A DNA stretch of 64,000 nt from positions 558,001 through 622,000 of the forward strand of contig CM061248.1 in NCBI GenBank assembly GCA_022605425.2, read 5' to 3'. This document shows positions 39,978 through 52,817 of the stretch, in pieces (within the stretch, counting starts at the first letter, position 1; every line of letters starts with the position of its first letter). The notes beneath the pieces were generated by a model, which saw nothing but the letters and a program-made list of their open reading frames with translations, was not told where the DNA came from and did not search any database. The translations under genes and the position numbers were made by a program. The stretch comes from Hamiltosporidium tvaerminnensis FI-OER-3-3 (lineage: Eukaryota; Fungi; Microsporidia).

Positions 39978-40299
39978 TTTGAAGGATGTGGATTATCGTA
40001 AATATTTCAGTTGTTTAAAAAGTATGGAAATAAAAAAATGATTTGAACTGTCTTGCTTTTCACTTGATTTTTCATTTTATTTTTGACTTAATTTTTCTTT
40101 CTATTTTAGATGTTTCTTTGATTTATTATTTGTTCTTTCTTTTATTGTTCTTCTTTGTATTTATAATGAATACTTTGGTTTTGGTAAATTTTTCCTGCTC
40201 TTTGGGTTATTTATGTTAATAAATAATTGCTTAACAAACTATTCAACGATAATTTGTGTTTGTAATGAAGCTTTGTGTCTCTAGAGTCTTTTTATGACG

Positions 40300-41300
40300 C
40301 ATAGTAATGCCTTTTTTCAACACTCTTTGGCATTTGATCTTAAATCATTCATTTTTGTTTATCAAAGTAATCAATTTCAACTCTTTTTTTCTCAGGTATT
40401 ATAGATTTAATTTAGGTCAGTGTTTTATACATATAGAAGCTCCTTAAGTTATTGTTCGTATTTATTTACAATACTGTTTAAAGTTATCACATATATAAGT
40501 CTCTTATCTTAAACTTATTAATATGATCTGATTGGTGGCTCAATAAATCAAAATTCTTTCTGTTTTTTAGTTTTTGCTAATACGAAGCTATCTGTGAAGT
40601 TATTCCAATCTCGATTAGAGTATTCATATTTAATTCTGTATCAGATAAAAAAATATTTGATCAATTATTTAGAACCAAGAAATCGGTTTAAATACTGCTA
40701 TCTACTCTTAGTTCCTTTTAAATTTTTTCGAGAATTCCTTTCATCGTGTGACTATTGGTTCGTTTTTAAGCCTTTGGATATATTTTTGTAAGAAAAATAT
40801 GGGTCTATGCCGACCTTTTTTTTGGTATTGGGTCTAATATGATCATGTCTGTTCTTTTTTTTCAAAATTAAATGGAGAATGTTTACCTTATTTTATAGAG
40901 TTCCCACGGTTTAAGACATTTTTATTTATTTTGAGATACATTTAATCTTGGATTTACAAAAAACCGCTTTGTTTCGTGGCTTAAATTCTCTTTCATAAGT
41001 ATTTCCCAAAAGCTTCTGATATCAATTTAATTATTTCTACAGTAAATAACTTTGAATGTAATTATATTTCTTTTTATTCTTACATATTCAAAGGTAAATA
41101 TTTTTCTAATTTTTCACTCGTAATATCTTTTTGTATATCGAGCCAAATTTCAATACCGTTTTTTAATCGTACACAATGTACATCTGTCTACTTTCTCTCT
41201 TCAAGATTATGGATTTATGAGTAAATTTTTCTACGAATTTGAAAAGTCTAAGATTTTCAGAACATTTTTTGGATTTGCAAACCAGACATTATGAGTTTTT
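40300..41300 (-). mobile_element. Heavily decayed copy of the R4/Dong-like element
   Basis: Minus-strand echoes in the correct order: AAGCCACGAAACAAAGCGGTTTTTTG (cf. RPRNEAVFC), HDHIR (cf. HDYTR), SH..KGILE (cf. SHSVQEIL), TLIEIGITSQ. Confidence 0.7.
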
Positions 41301-41849
41301 TTAAAAATTAAATTTAAGTAAGTAGGCTTAGTTTTTTCTGGTCAAACTTACACCTTTTTTCACCAAAAACTACAATAAAATATCATCTAGCTTAAAAATT
41401 TGCGGATATAAGTCGAATTAGATTTATTTGATGGTTTATCGAGAATATTACGCCCAAAAAAATTTGCTACATTAAATTTCTATCTTAAAGTCGTTTCATT
41501 GAGAGGCATAGACATCTCTTTTTCTTTCATAAATGAACCTATATTGGTTTTTTTTGTTATCTCTTACTATTCCTAAGTATTTCCAACGAAAATGTCATTC
41601 CAAAAAATTGCATTTATGAACAAAACTTGAGTTTGATTGTAATTATAATTCATAATTTATTTAATAATATAACAGATGATTTTAATCAAAGAAATTTTTC
41701 ATAGAAAAATTGGGTAAATAGTATAATGTTAAGGTTTGAATTGTTAAGAGAGATATATTTTTCAATTCAATATTTTCTATAAAACTTACTTAAATTCTAT
41801 CAGATCGAGGAAGGATAACCACATTTAAAAATATCTGCTTAGTAATGAG

Positions 41850-43700
41850 TGTGTGAAAATAGTGTGGAAATCATTGAAGGCATTTTGTTAGGATATAGGA
41901 CACCGGATTTATAAGAAGATTCTATAATTCCGAGGGATAACAGATTAAAAGAAACAAATTTAAAACCTTTTTTTGTTCATTCTCGACTCTGAGAGGTAAA
42001 AGAGGAACGGAATGAATAAATAAGATAGATTTACCAATTAAGGTAAAGAAATATTAAGAAAACACTTATATTCTATCACAATTTGTCAATTTCAAAATTA
42101 AGATAAAAATATTTTTTTTAATTTAATTAATTAGGAGTCTGAACATTCGAATAAAGAAATATTTAAAAGTGTCATACAAGAAATGTAAATTACATAGATG
42201 AAGTTCTTTTATAACGGAATGCTTTTAAATGACTAAATCTATCAAAAATAATTATGTTCTTTAGGAATTACAAGAATATTATGAAAATATCATTTCTTTA
42301 ATAAGAAAGAAGAAATATCGTGTTAGAAATGTATAAATTGTCCCAATAAATCCATTTTATATACATTTTTAAACGAATAAATACAATAAAAAGCGAAAAA
42401 GATCGAACAAATTCATTTTAGAAATAATTTGTTGGATCTATCTTACCGTTAAAATAAATTTTAGTTTATAAATTTTTAATTAGTAAATTTGAAATTGAAT
42501 TGTGGTTTTGATTCTATTTGTGTATAAGATCAATATATCAGTAGAATTTTATTGTAAAATTCCTTTTATAAGAGGTTTAGTACTAAGAGACCGAATAAAT
42601 AATCGTGAAGAATTATTATTGATACATTTTTTTTGGGCGTATGAATTAAACGGCAAATTTAGTTTGTAATTTACTTAGTATATTGGAAAAGGGTGATATC
42701 TTAAGAGTTTCAAGAGCTATAAATAGAGTATGAATAGTTGATAAACTCAAGGGATGCTAAATTAATTGAAAGACGATATCTAATGTCATGCAATGACTAT
42801 GTTGACGACCATGACGAATTTATGAGATAAAACGAATTAGGTATATGTGTTTGAAAATTAATTCTGTTTTTTTATATGATTACTTTATATAACCGGATAT
42901 GTTTAAAAAAAATATATGTGTAGGTTTAAAGTATCATTTGATGAGAAATATAAATTTAATTTTAAGATCAGATTTAGGCATAAAGTTTGTACATTAGATA
43001 TCCTCACGAGATGCCATAACAAACGAATATCACTTAATAACGATTTTAAAGGCTAGAAAAAGTATATAAGTAAATATTTTTAACAACGATCTTGTCACCA
43101 TAGTATGTTTTCTGGTTTTAATTAGTAATTAAAGTGTAAACTTATCAATTAGGGCGAAAAAAGTAATATGTTTTCACAAATATTGTATATTTAAAGCAAA
43201 TTTATGTAAAGAACTAAAATTTATTGTCATTTAAGCGGCTCACTAAGCATTTGATTTTCATTTTTATGATCAAAAATAAAAATAGCTCAAATTAGAAAAT
43301 ATATATGAGTATAAGATTTTTCTTATGACTAAAGTTCTATTTATTAAAACAGACGAGGTGGATTGTGCATATTTTATAGCTTCGATTTGAATGTAAATAT
43401 AATATCCTAAAATCTGTTTATTATTAGCATATGGTATTCCAAGGTATCTTAATCGAAGAAAAACATTACAGCCTTAGGATAGCTAAAAAGGTTCATATTT
43501 TGCAATTAAAATAAGTCAAACCGCATTACTATAAATTATCTTGAAGAAATGATAACCCAATTAGTTGTTTTATAGTGCAGTATTAAAAAGATAATTGATG
43601 AATTTAATTTGGGAGATTGGTACTTTTAATCAATACAAAGGCAAAAAAATTTGCAGAGAGAAAGCATTAGTAAGATAACGGATAATCTTTGTCAGTATTA
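41850..43700 (+). mobile_element. Decayed Ty3/gypsy-like pol remnant
   Basis: Colinear faint echoes of protease (~41880), RT (L.KG ~42685; YE ~42730) and RNase H (DNL ~43680) motifs. No ORF of 60 aa or more survives. Confidence 0.35.
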
Positions 43701-43739
43701 AGCAGATAATGAAAAACATACACACCATAAATAAAGATT

Positions 43740-44450
43740 CCATAGCTACATTTTGCTTCGCATATTTTATTATATGATCATGTTCTTTCCGCAGTTCTGG
43801 TTTTTCGTAGGTAACAACTTTTCATGCTACATGATAATTCCTTAGATGCCTAAATATAAAAGAGTTTCTGCAAAAATATACTTGGAATCAATTTAATTAA
43901 TAAGGTGGCGTCCTGTGTTCGTTAATGTTATTCTCTAGGTAGAAAATATAAGGTCAACTTCACCTTGGGCTCCTCAAAGACTCGCAGAATCCCTTTCATA
44001 CTTTATATTTTTTGAATCAAATGAACAAACACCAGAGATATATATTTAGATACCTAGATGGTATACCTAGGCATTTTAATATATTATTCAATATATATGA
44101 CCTGGTTTTGTGCCTTCTTGGCTTTTTAGGATGCATATATTGGTTTGTATCTTTAGGCGCCGATTCTTCTTGTCCATGCGAGTAATCTTAAATCACCATG
44201 CTTTCCCACGAAAATTACTTAACACTTCTCGCTGTGGTTTTAAAAGCTGCTACGTGAAAAAAAAACCCGAAAAATATATAAAAGAAAATTTTCATTATTT
44301 TATAGGTTTTCTCTAAATGTAAAATTCTCAAGGGCAGGCGAAAAAAAATATTATTTACAGCCTGATAAACACCTAAATAGTCATTTTCGCATCAAGTTAC
44401 TCAATTATAACCAGTGAGATATTTTCTAGAAGTTTATCTTGCCATAGGAA
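43740..44450 (-). repeat. Copy C of the ~700-bp non-coding dispersed element
   Basis: The reverse complement shares blocks with 48010-48740: TTGATTCAAAAAATATAAAGTATGAAAGGGATTCTGCGAGTCTTTGAGG, TTAACGAACAC..CACCTTATTAATT, AAACCAGAACTGCG..CATGA. The 5' boundary is uncertain. Confidence 0.7.
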
Positions 44451-45526
44451 TTATTGTCTTGAAACAATATTTTTTTTTTAAATTTAATTTTATTTATCAA
44501 AATATAGGATAAATTCGAATTGTAAAATATGTTTTAGGGATTTCATACTCAGGCATTATTGATCCAAGGTTAACCATTATTTATATCATATCTCGGATTT
44601 TTGCTTTTGTGAAATATATTTTTACGTTCATTTCCTAAACCGTATAATCTATAGGATTGGACAAATCAACCGTCCTATGAACCAAAGAAGATGCGAAAAC
44701 GTTGAATTATTAATTTAAATCTCTAAATAATTTAAGAATTGTTTACATCGATTTTTTTTATTTTTTTAACAATTGGTTACTTTTTTATTTTTATGAAGTT
44801 AATATTTTATACATTTTTTTCTTAAATTTTCTAAATAATGATTTCACGGGGAAAATTACGCTTTATACTATAATTTTTAATTTTTTTCCAATTTTGAAAA
44901 TACGTTGGGAGAGAATTGAATCTATAGAACTTAATAATATATTGCTTTTATCAAAAAAAATATTTTAAGATGATGGTTGAAACCCTAATGTTATTCTCTA
45001 AATAGATAAATAAAAAATAAACATTGGTATGGTATTAAAATGTGCTACAATTATTGAATACATCATAATTAACTCGTTTTAATATATTTGAGTTCATATT
45101 ATCACCTTATTTGCCAAATATTACAAGTGAATAAATAGCATCTCGTTTAATTGTCAATATATAAAATAAAAAATTTTAAATGTTTATTTAAGATAAAATT
45201 AAACATTCGATAATATTAATATTGTTTTTTGGGATGACTTTTGTATGATTTAGAAAAAAACGATTGTAATTTGTTTATATTTGTAGTATTGCTTTAAAAC
45301 GACCTACATAAATAAGGTTTGGCGGATTTATACTTAATTTACTTAATAAAAAATAAAATGCTCAAAATAAAATTAATTTTAATGTAATCAAATTTGCACA
45401 AATATTTAAATGATTTATTTTTAATTAAATATTATTTAATCAATTCCAATCATCTGCATTGTAAATTGACAAAAATACTCGCCAAGTTCTTCAATTAAAC
45501 TATTTAGTATCTAAATCAAATATTTT

Positions 45527-47817
45527 CTAAATTAGTATAAACAAATTGAAATCTTCTATATCAGGAAGATGAAATCTTTTTATGGAATCAAAGGTGTTAT
45601 ATTCAAATTTGCAGTCATTAAGATTTAATCGTTTTAAATGCTTAAATTTACATATTTGTTGAATATCGTTCCTAGATATTTTTATACTCGATAAATTTAA
45701 TTCAATTATTACATATTCTGTTTCAGGTGAAAATAAATCATGGAAGTATATATTTTCTAGATTAAAATTTTCGATTTCTAGATCAACAAGATTGTTTAGA
45801 TTCTTAAAAGCAAAGGAATCTGTTTTGTCAATAAAACAATCAAAAATACTAAATTTTTGTAATCCTTTGGTTTTTGCACTTGAAAAAATACTATTTAGAG
45901 TTCCACAAGGAAATTTATTTCCAATTTGTAAATCTTGAAGTGTTTCACACGAAAAAGAGAAATTATTTGTAGCAATACAATATTCTAAAATTATTGAAAA
46001 TGATTTAAGTTCCGAATTTGATATATATTCCGTGAAATCGTTGAAAAATAATTTTTTGAAGAGGTTTTCTCCAACAAAAGATAAACATTCAATTTTTTTG
46101 AATGATTTCAAAAATAATAAAAAAACAGTATCGGTATTTTTAAAATCATGAGTTAAATCAAATTCTCGAATTGTGTTGTTTAAAGGAAACGAAAATTCAT
46201 CTTATATAAATCGTAAAGTACAGTATTCGATCACTAAAATTTGAATGTCTGGCAGAATTACTATTGTTTCAAGTATGGTTTTTGTAAGTAAACATCTTTT
46301 AAAAGAAATTTTAATGATATTTTTGAACAAATATCGTTGATCAACAAAAGTTATTTCATTCTTTAAAGAAGAAATATTGATTTCTATACTTTTTAAATTT
46401 GGTAAAATATCTATAAAACTTAGTAATTCGAGTGAAAGTGATGCCTTTGGAAAAATAACAATTTTGAAAATTTCCTTTCTAAAAAAAATGAGATCATTTA
46501 CCGTTTTTAATTTTGTGTTTTTTGTGAAAGTATAATGAAGACATTTTTCTAAAGTTAATCTTTCCTGAATAATTAATCTAGAAATATTTTCTTTGAAATT
46601 ATTTTCTATTTTATATTTCAACACTTGAATTACTGCCTGAATATTTTTGTCTTTGTGAATCTTATTCTGTATTGCCATATCTAGATCAAAAATTATAAAA
46701 ATACTTTTCAACTTGACAACAAATTATCTGAAAATGTATTTTTCGATATTATTTTGGTATTTATAAAATGAATATGTTTTAAATTATTAAAAATTGAATT
46801 ATTGTTTAAAAATTCTATTGTTTCATCTTTGATCAACATATTATAAAAAACAACTTCATCTATATTTTCCAATACAAATTCTATGATATTATTTATTTTG
46901 TGCAAATTTATAATTAATCTATGGAAGATAACTTTTTTAATATCAAAAATACTAAAAATTAAATAAAACATGTTTTGACGGTAATGATTCTTTTTTAAAA
47001 TAATTTCAAAGATATCAATAAGATCATCTGACATCGAAACCAAGCCTAAATCACTGTTTATAAGTTCTACATCGTATTCATTCAATAGTAAATCCTTTAT
47101 TATATTTTCTAATAATTCTAGATTTTCAGACTTTAAAGAAATATAATTCTTATAAAATCTTTCAAATATTATTTTTACCATATGCTTCGAAAACATAGGT
47201 TTATTTTTTTGCTGAGATATCTCTTCTTCTAAATTGATACTTTTATTTTTCACTAAGTCACAAAGTTGGAATAAGAACAGGTCTACAATTTTATAGAAAT
47301 TTTCATCTATCAAAATATCAAGATATTCAAAAATATTCAAAAACAAGATGAAATTACGCACTGAAAAGTTGCTAAAAGGAAAATAAAATGTTTTGTAATA
47401 CGATAGAAAAATATTAAAATCTTCATACGTAAAATATTTAACTTCAATTTTCAATGTATAGTGTTCATCGTTGTTTTCTATAATAAGCTTTTTAAATATT
47501 GAGAGAAAATATTCAACGGTTGAAACAATAATATTTCTTGTAAGCTTTCTTCTTTTGAAAGTTTTGGGATTTTCAATGGTTGTTTTTCTTTTTATGCCTT
47601 TCATATCATTATCTTCGGCTTTTAAATCGTCTGAAACCATTCTAATCTCGTTTTTCGAAGCGATATCTTCTGAAATATATTCATCGTTCTCTATCCAATA
47701 AAATTCAATAAATTTGGTATTTAACACGCCAAAACAAAATAAAATTAAACAATCTGTTTGATTCCTACAAAATTTACAATTTATAAGAAAATAATAAATG
47801 CTCGACAAGATTATCAT
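45527..47817 (-). pseudogene. Secreted leucine-rich-repeat protein pseudogene
   Basis: Collinear ORFs 46708..47817 (hydrophobic N-terminus), 46202..46711 and 45527..46111 with LRR motifs (LPNLKSIEI, LNNLVDLEIEN, FKHLKRLNLNDC). One frameshift (~46710) and one in-frame TAA (46202-46204). Confidence 0.8.
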
Positions 47818-48009
47818 AGGACTAAATACAAATCTTTTTTATTAATCTAAAAGTCTTTGGAACATACACTAAAGACTCAATAGATTATTAGAGTATTCGA
47901 TTTGTTTATTTTTCTTATTTTGATTGAATTATATCTGAATTTTTATTCTAAGAAACATAAAATTTAATCAATTTTTTTGAGCTTCTATGTCGTTCTAAAT
48001 ATATTTATT

Positions 48010-48740
48010 TGATTTTTTCACCTTATTATTTGGTGGAGAGAGGATAAAGCACATAAAAACTTTCTGCTTGGCAATGAGTATGCGAGATTGATATATGAAA
48101 TCATTGTTTGGTTTTTGGTGGGAATAAAACCACATTAAATCTTCGGTTGTTCCATGGAGTTTGTATGAGGGATAGAAGCCATCGAAAAAGCGAAGTTTTT
48201 TATGTAAACCGATCAAAGGCCGCTGCCGAGCGTATAGGTAATTTCCTATGTAAAAACATAGGAATCTAGCCTTGCTCACTCGGGTTTGAATAATTATCGT
48301 TTGAGATATATAAAAAATAAACCCATTTCAAGACGGGAGAGCTAAGTAGCAGGTTATACCTGTTGATATGACATTGCACTGTCTAGGTAGGCCCCATGTA
48401 ATTATATGAAATTGATCTTAGCTAGAAGTTTATTGGATTCATAAAGTGTAGAGTAAGTGGGAATGCTGCATAGTCTTGGGGGGGGGCTGGAGAGGCTTCG
48501 GCCTTCAATCACACTCCATGCAATGAACTTTAACGAACTCCGGGGGGCAGCCTCACCTATTAATTAGGTTCTACTTGCCTAGTAGATGAAAGCTTTGGGC
48601 CGTAAGTATCACAGGAGATACTGATGCAGTGTTGGGGTAGCAGTTATTTATCTTAAACCTAGAACTGCGTTAATGTCATGAAAACAAATATAACACTTGC
48701 CACTGTTTTAAAAAAGATGTGATATTTTTTATATAAAGAT
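48010..48740 (+). repeat. Copy A (most GC-rich, best preserved) of the ~700-bp non-coding dispersed element
   Basis: Homologous to 6380-7120(-), 43740-44450(-) and 58700-59285(+). It contains several local hairpins and no conserved ORF. Confidence 0.8.
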
Positions 48741-51062
48741 TAATTACCTTATTATTTTTATTATTTAATTTATTACCAAATTAAAATCTTTCTTGACTTC
48801 CAAGTTTTCGTTACCTGCAATTTTAATCATTCAATGACGCTGATACTTAAAATTTATATGTATTAAAGGAAATTTGAAATAGGCTATTTAATTAAACAAT
48901 TTAATTATTTTTAAAATAGTTTAGGATAATTTAGTATAATTAATTATTCATCTTTCTACCATTTTTTGGTCATTTCGATAAATTGTAAGCCGTTTGGAAG
49001 ATAGGCCTAGTGAGATTCTCGCTGGCTAATCAGTAATAATGTTCGGATTGTCTTTATACCCTCATGCTTCAACAATTTTACGATTATTTTTTTCTTAGTT
49101 TATCGAGTATCAGTAAGTCAAAATTGTTTTCAGTTCGTTCTTTTTTTAATTTTAGTTTTTTGTCTGAAGAATATATTACAAGTCGAATGCTAACGGATAT
49201 GAATAATCGAGTTGACAATCAGCTATTATATTGTGCTCATCTAAGGTATATGATAGATAACTTTTCATAAATTGCTTGTTCAATCTACAACATTGTTTAT
49301 AATGTTTTAGTACTGTGATTGTTTCTAAAAAAAATATCATTTTGTCATATTTTACTGGGCATTTTTTATATTGACCGGTCATTATTCATGTTATCTAATT
49401 ATTTAAACTGACCGTAACATATATATGAAAGCAAACTTTCAAAAATGAAGAGCGAAAGATATAAATGATTATATACATGCCTATTGTTCAGTGCAAGAGT
49501 CTAGATGTTTAGAACATATTTTTTCGTTTTGGAAATGTTAACAAACCAAAAATACAACAAGGAAAAAAAAGGAAGCGGAAAAAAATATACAATTTTTTAG
49601 ATTTAAGTTCATATTTGAAGCATCCGAATTTATTTTAGAAAAAATATTTTTTAAGATGTTAGGGATAGTGAAGTAATGCAAATGTGTGTTATATAGGGAG
49701 AATTATAGGAGAAATAGAAAATGACTAACAAGGGATTGGTAATGGAAAGATGTATAAAATCAAAAGATGATATTTAAAATTATCTTTACATAGTTAACAA
49801 TCAGAAGGGGGTTATTATATTGGGAGCATTTCGGCAGTTACACTAAAAAAACTTGAATAGCCTAATATCTTTATTATCTTTGAAATGTCTAGTTGAAATG
49901 TAGTTTTTTTATTAAAATTTGCTTCTTATCCTAAAAATCACTGCCTAACTTCTTATATCCTCAAAATTCTAATATTTTTCTTTTACTAGTTAAAAATTTT
50001 TATAAATCTAGTCACTTAGAAATTCATACTAATTAAGTCTTAAGATATTTTCGACATATAAGCGACGACTAACCATATGACGTCTTAAAGAATTTCTTAA
50101 ATATTCAAAAAATAAGAAACAAAGTGCATTATATTATATAATAAGTATAATTTCTGATAAGGCCAGATTCATTAACAACCTAAAAGCCTATTTTAAGTAA
50201 AAATAAAAAAATACAAAGTTAAAATATGTAAGGCATGAAAAAAATTCTTGACTATTGAGAAATTTATTTATGATGATAAATATGGCCTTCGAAAAAAAAA
50301 AATTAAGCGATTGTAATTAAATATAGCTGTTCCCATGATTGTTTAATTTTTTTGGATTTGGGGTTGGCAATTCCATAATATTTTCTAAAATAATAATTTA
50401 AACATATTTCAGACAAAATAATATCGTTGAAGAGTTAAGCTATTATTTTTATCCGAAATCCTTTTTTTTAAATCAAGAAAGCTATTTTCTATAAACACAG
50501 AAAAAACCCAAGGGAGAAGTAGAGTTATATATTTCGTTATAGTAGTTAAATTGAATTCACAAATTGAATTTGCGATATTTGTGTCGCGAATAATTACGTT
50601 TATTTCATCTAAAAACATTCTCTTTAACGATTTATCCCCGCCCTTTGTGAAGAATTTTTTTTAGAACAAATATTTCTAATGATATATTGATAAAGTTGTC
50701 AAGATTTTTCAAATTCGATTGAAATTCCAAATTCAAAATAATCGATACAAAAACTCGCAGGTAAAATTTAAAATTTGTATTTTGATTGTAGTATAAAAAT
50801 CTATGGTGCGTTTCAGAAGTCAAGTTCGATGACTTAAATAAACGTTGTAAAAGCAAAATCTCATTTTTCCATTTTTAATTCCAAGCAATAAGTTTGAAAA
50901 CAATTTTTGCAGATAAAATTTCTTAATATATTCGTCTCTATAGTCATTTCCACAATTCATATTGTTAATAGAACATCTTTTAAAATTCGACAAAATAAAA
51001 TTATCAAATTTTTCTAACTGCCTCAAAATAAGTGACAAAAGAAAGTATACGTATAATATATA

Positions 51063-52817
51063 CTCCCTCTGTCCGGAAATATGGTATACATTTTAGCGAT
51101 TTTTTTGTCCGGAAATATGGTATACATTTGCGAAAAAAATAAAATAAAATAAAAAATGTAAGGACAAGTTTATTATATTATCTTTATTTCGAACATTAAA
51201 TAAATATTAATGTAAATATTAAATAAAATTTAAAAAAATACATATTAAAATTTATAAGTTCACTCGAAATTTGATTTGGCTTTAACGTATGATTCTTTCG
51301 AACATACATATTTTTCTAGCAGTCGACCTTCGCGACGAAGTTTTCCTTTACTTAAAAGAGGTATTTTATAGCAATTTCCACCATCTGCTAGCATAATTGA
51401 CTCCATACATGCTTGCAATGTTGTAAAAACGTTATCGAGAGTATTCGCTTCTAATTGATGAAATGCATCTTGAACACAATTTATTAATTCGTCAATTGTG
51501 TGTAGCGAAGCTTGATGTTGCAGCGATTGTATGGAGTTGAAAAAACCTAAACCAAGAACATTTAAATTCGGGCTATTTGCCAGTTGCACCTTAAATTTAA
51601 TATTCCGGTCATCAGCAGAACCAAGAGCGACAATATCTGCATCATTATCAGAAAAATGGGGTTTTGCATTGTTTTGTTGTACGTAAATTGTGTTCTTTTT
51701 GATGCTTGCGGAAATTTAGATTTAATTACGGGAATTACATTATCAATGATCATGTTTTTGCAATGACTGCTGTAACAGATTCCACATTTTTTTTATCATT
51801 GTCCCTTTAGCCCTATTCTTAGAATTTTTTTGAGCTGGTTCTTGATAAACAAATGGCCATATTCCAATTTTCCCATCAAAAAAAAGCTTTTGATGTGCAT
51901 CATAGCGTGGTCGAGCTACTGCAGCCATGAACATTATTTTCGTAATAAATCGCTTACTTTTGCAGTTTCTCTCCGGGTTTTCTTCGTTTAACATTAAGTA
52001 ATAAGAGCGCTTAACTTTAGTTAGATAAAACCACTTTTCATCAATGTGAACGTAGTCGTACAAATCATCAAAAAGCAAATCTCCATTATTAGCAAGATTT
52101 ACTTTAGACAAGCAAAATTTCAATCTGTCCATTTTATTTTTATCTGTTAAAGTTGGTTTAACTGTAGAAGATATTCTCTTGATATACTTTCCCGACTTGA
52201 ATATATCAAACAAAGTTGATTTTTGAATATCAATTGCAAAGAAAAGACTGCGGGGCGTTCCTTGACGATTTAATGGCGTATTCTTTATTTGCGTTAATTT
52301 GTTCGAATATTCTTTAGGTTTTCTTCCGCACCTTTTTTTTCTTTTTTGAAGAAACACCGGCACATATCTTGCCTTTTCTGTATTGAGTTTGTGCTGAATG
52401 CCAAATTCTGCTAACGGTTAGCCGGGAAACTTGAAAGGCATAAGAAACTTTGTTGATGGCACCGTGTTTTAACTTATTCTCCTTCATCTGCTGTAATAAT
52501 TTTTCTAAAATACCTTGACGTTGTTCTTTAGTTAACTGTTTATATTTTGAATCTCTTTTTTCTGAATTTAACAAATTTTCTTCCACATTTTCCATATTCG
52601 TCTTGCAGCGGCACTATTTTTTTTTACCTTAAGAAACACTGATGTTTGAGCGGCAACTTTTTAACTAAGAATAATATTACTAAAGTCAAAAATTTTAGGT
52701 TATATTGTCATGAATATTTACTATGACAATGTCATGACGGTTGCCTATTTATTTTTTATATTCACGATAATCTATAGTTTTTTTTGAAATGTATACCATA
52801 TTTCCGGACAGAGGGAG
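51063..52817 (-). mobile_element. Plant-type (DD39D) mariner-like DNA transposon, 1755 bp, TA target duplication
   Basis: Perfect 31-bp TIRs CTCCCTCTGTCCGGAAATATGGTATACATTT (51063-51093 / 52787-52817), flanked by TA at 51061-62 and 52818-19, with an internal transposase. Confidence 0.97.
51260..52595 (-). pseudogene. DD39D mariner transposase pseudogene
   Basis: CGRK, HIDEKWFY, KIMFMAAVARPR, FDGKIGIWPFV, QQ(N)NAKPH, ANSPNLNVL(G)LGFF. Exactly 39 codons separate the 2nd and 3rd catalytic positions. Several frameshifts. Confidence 0.95.
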
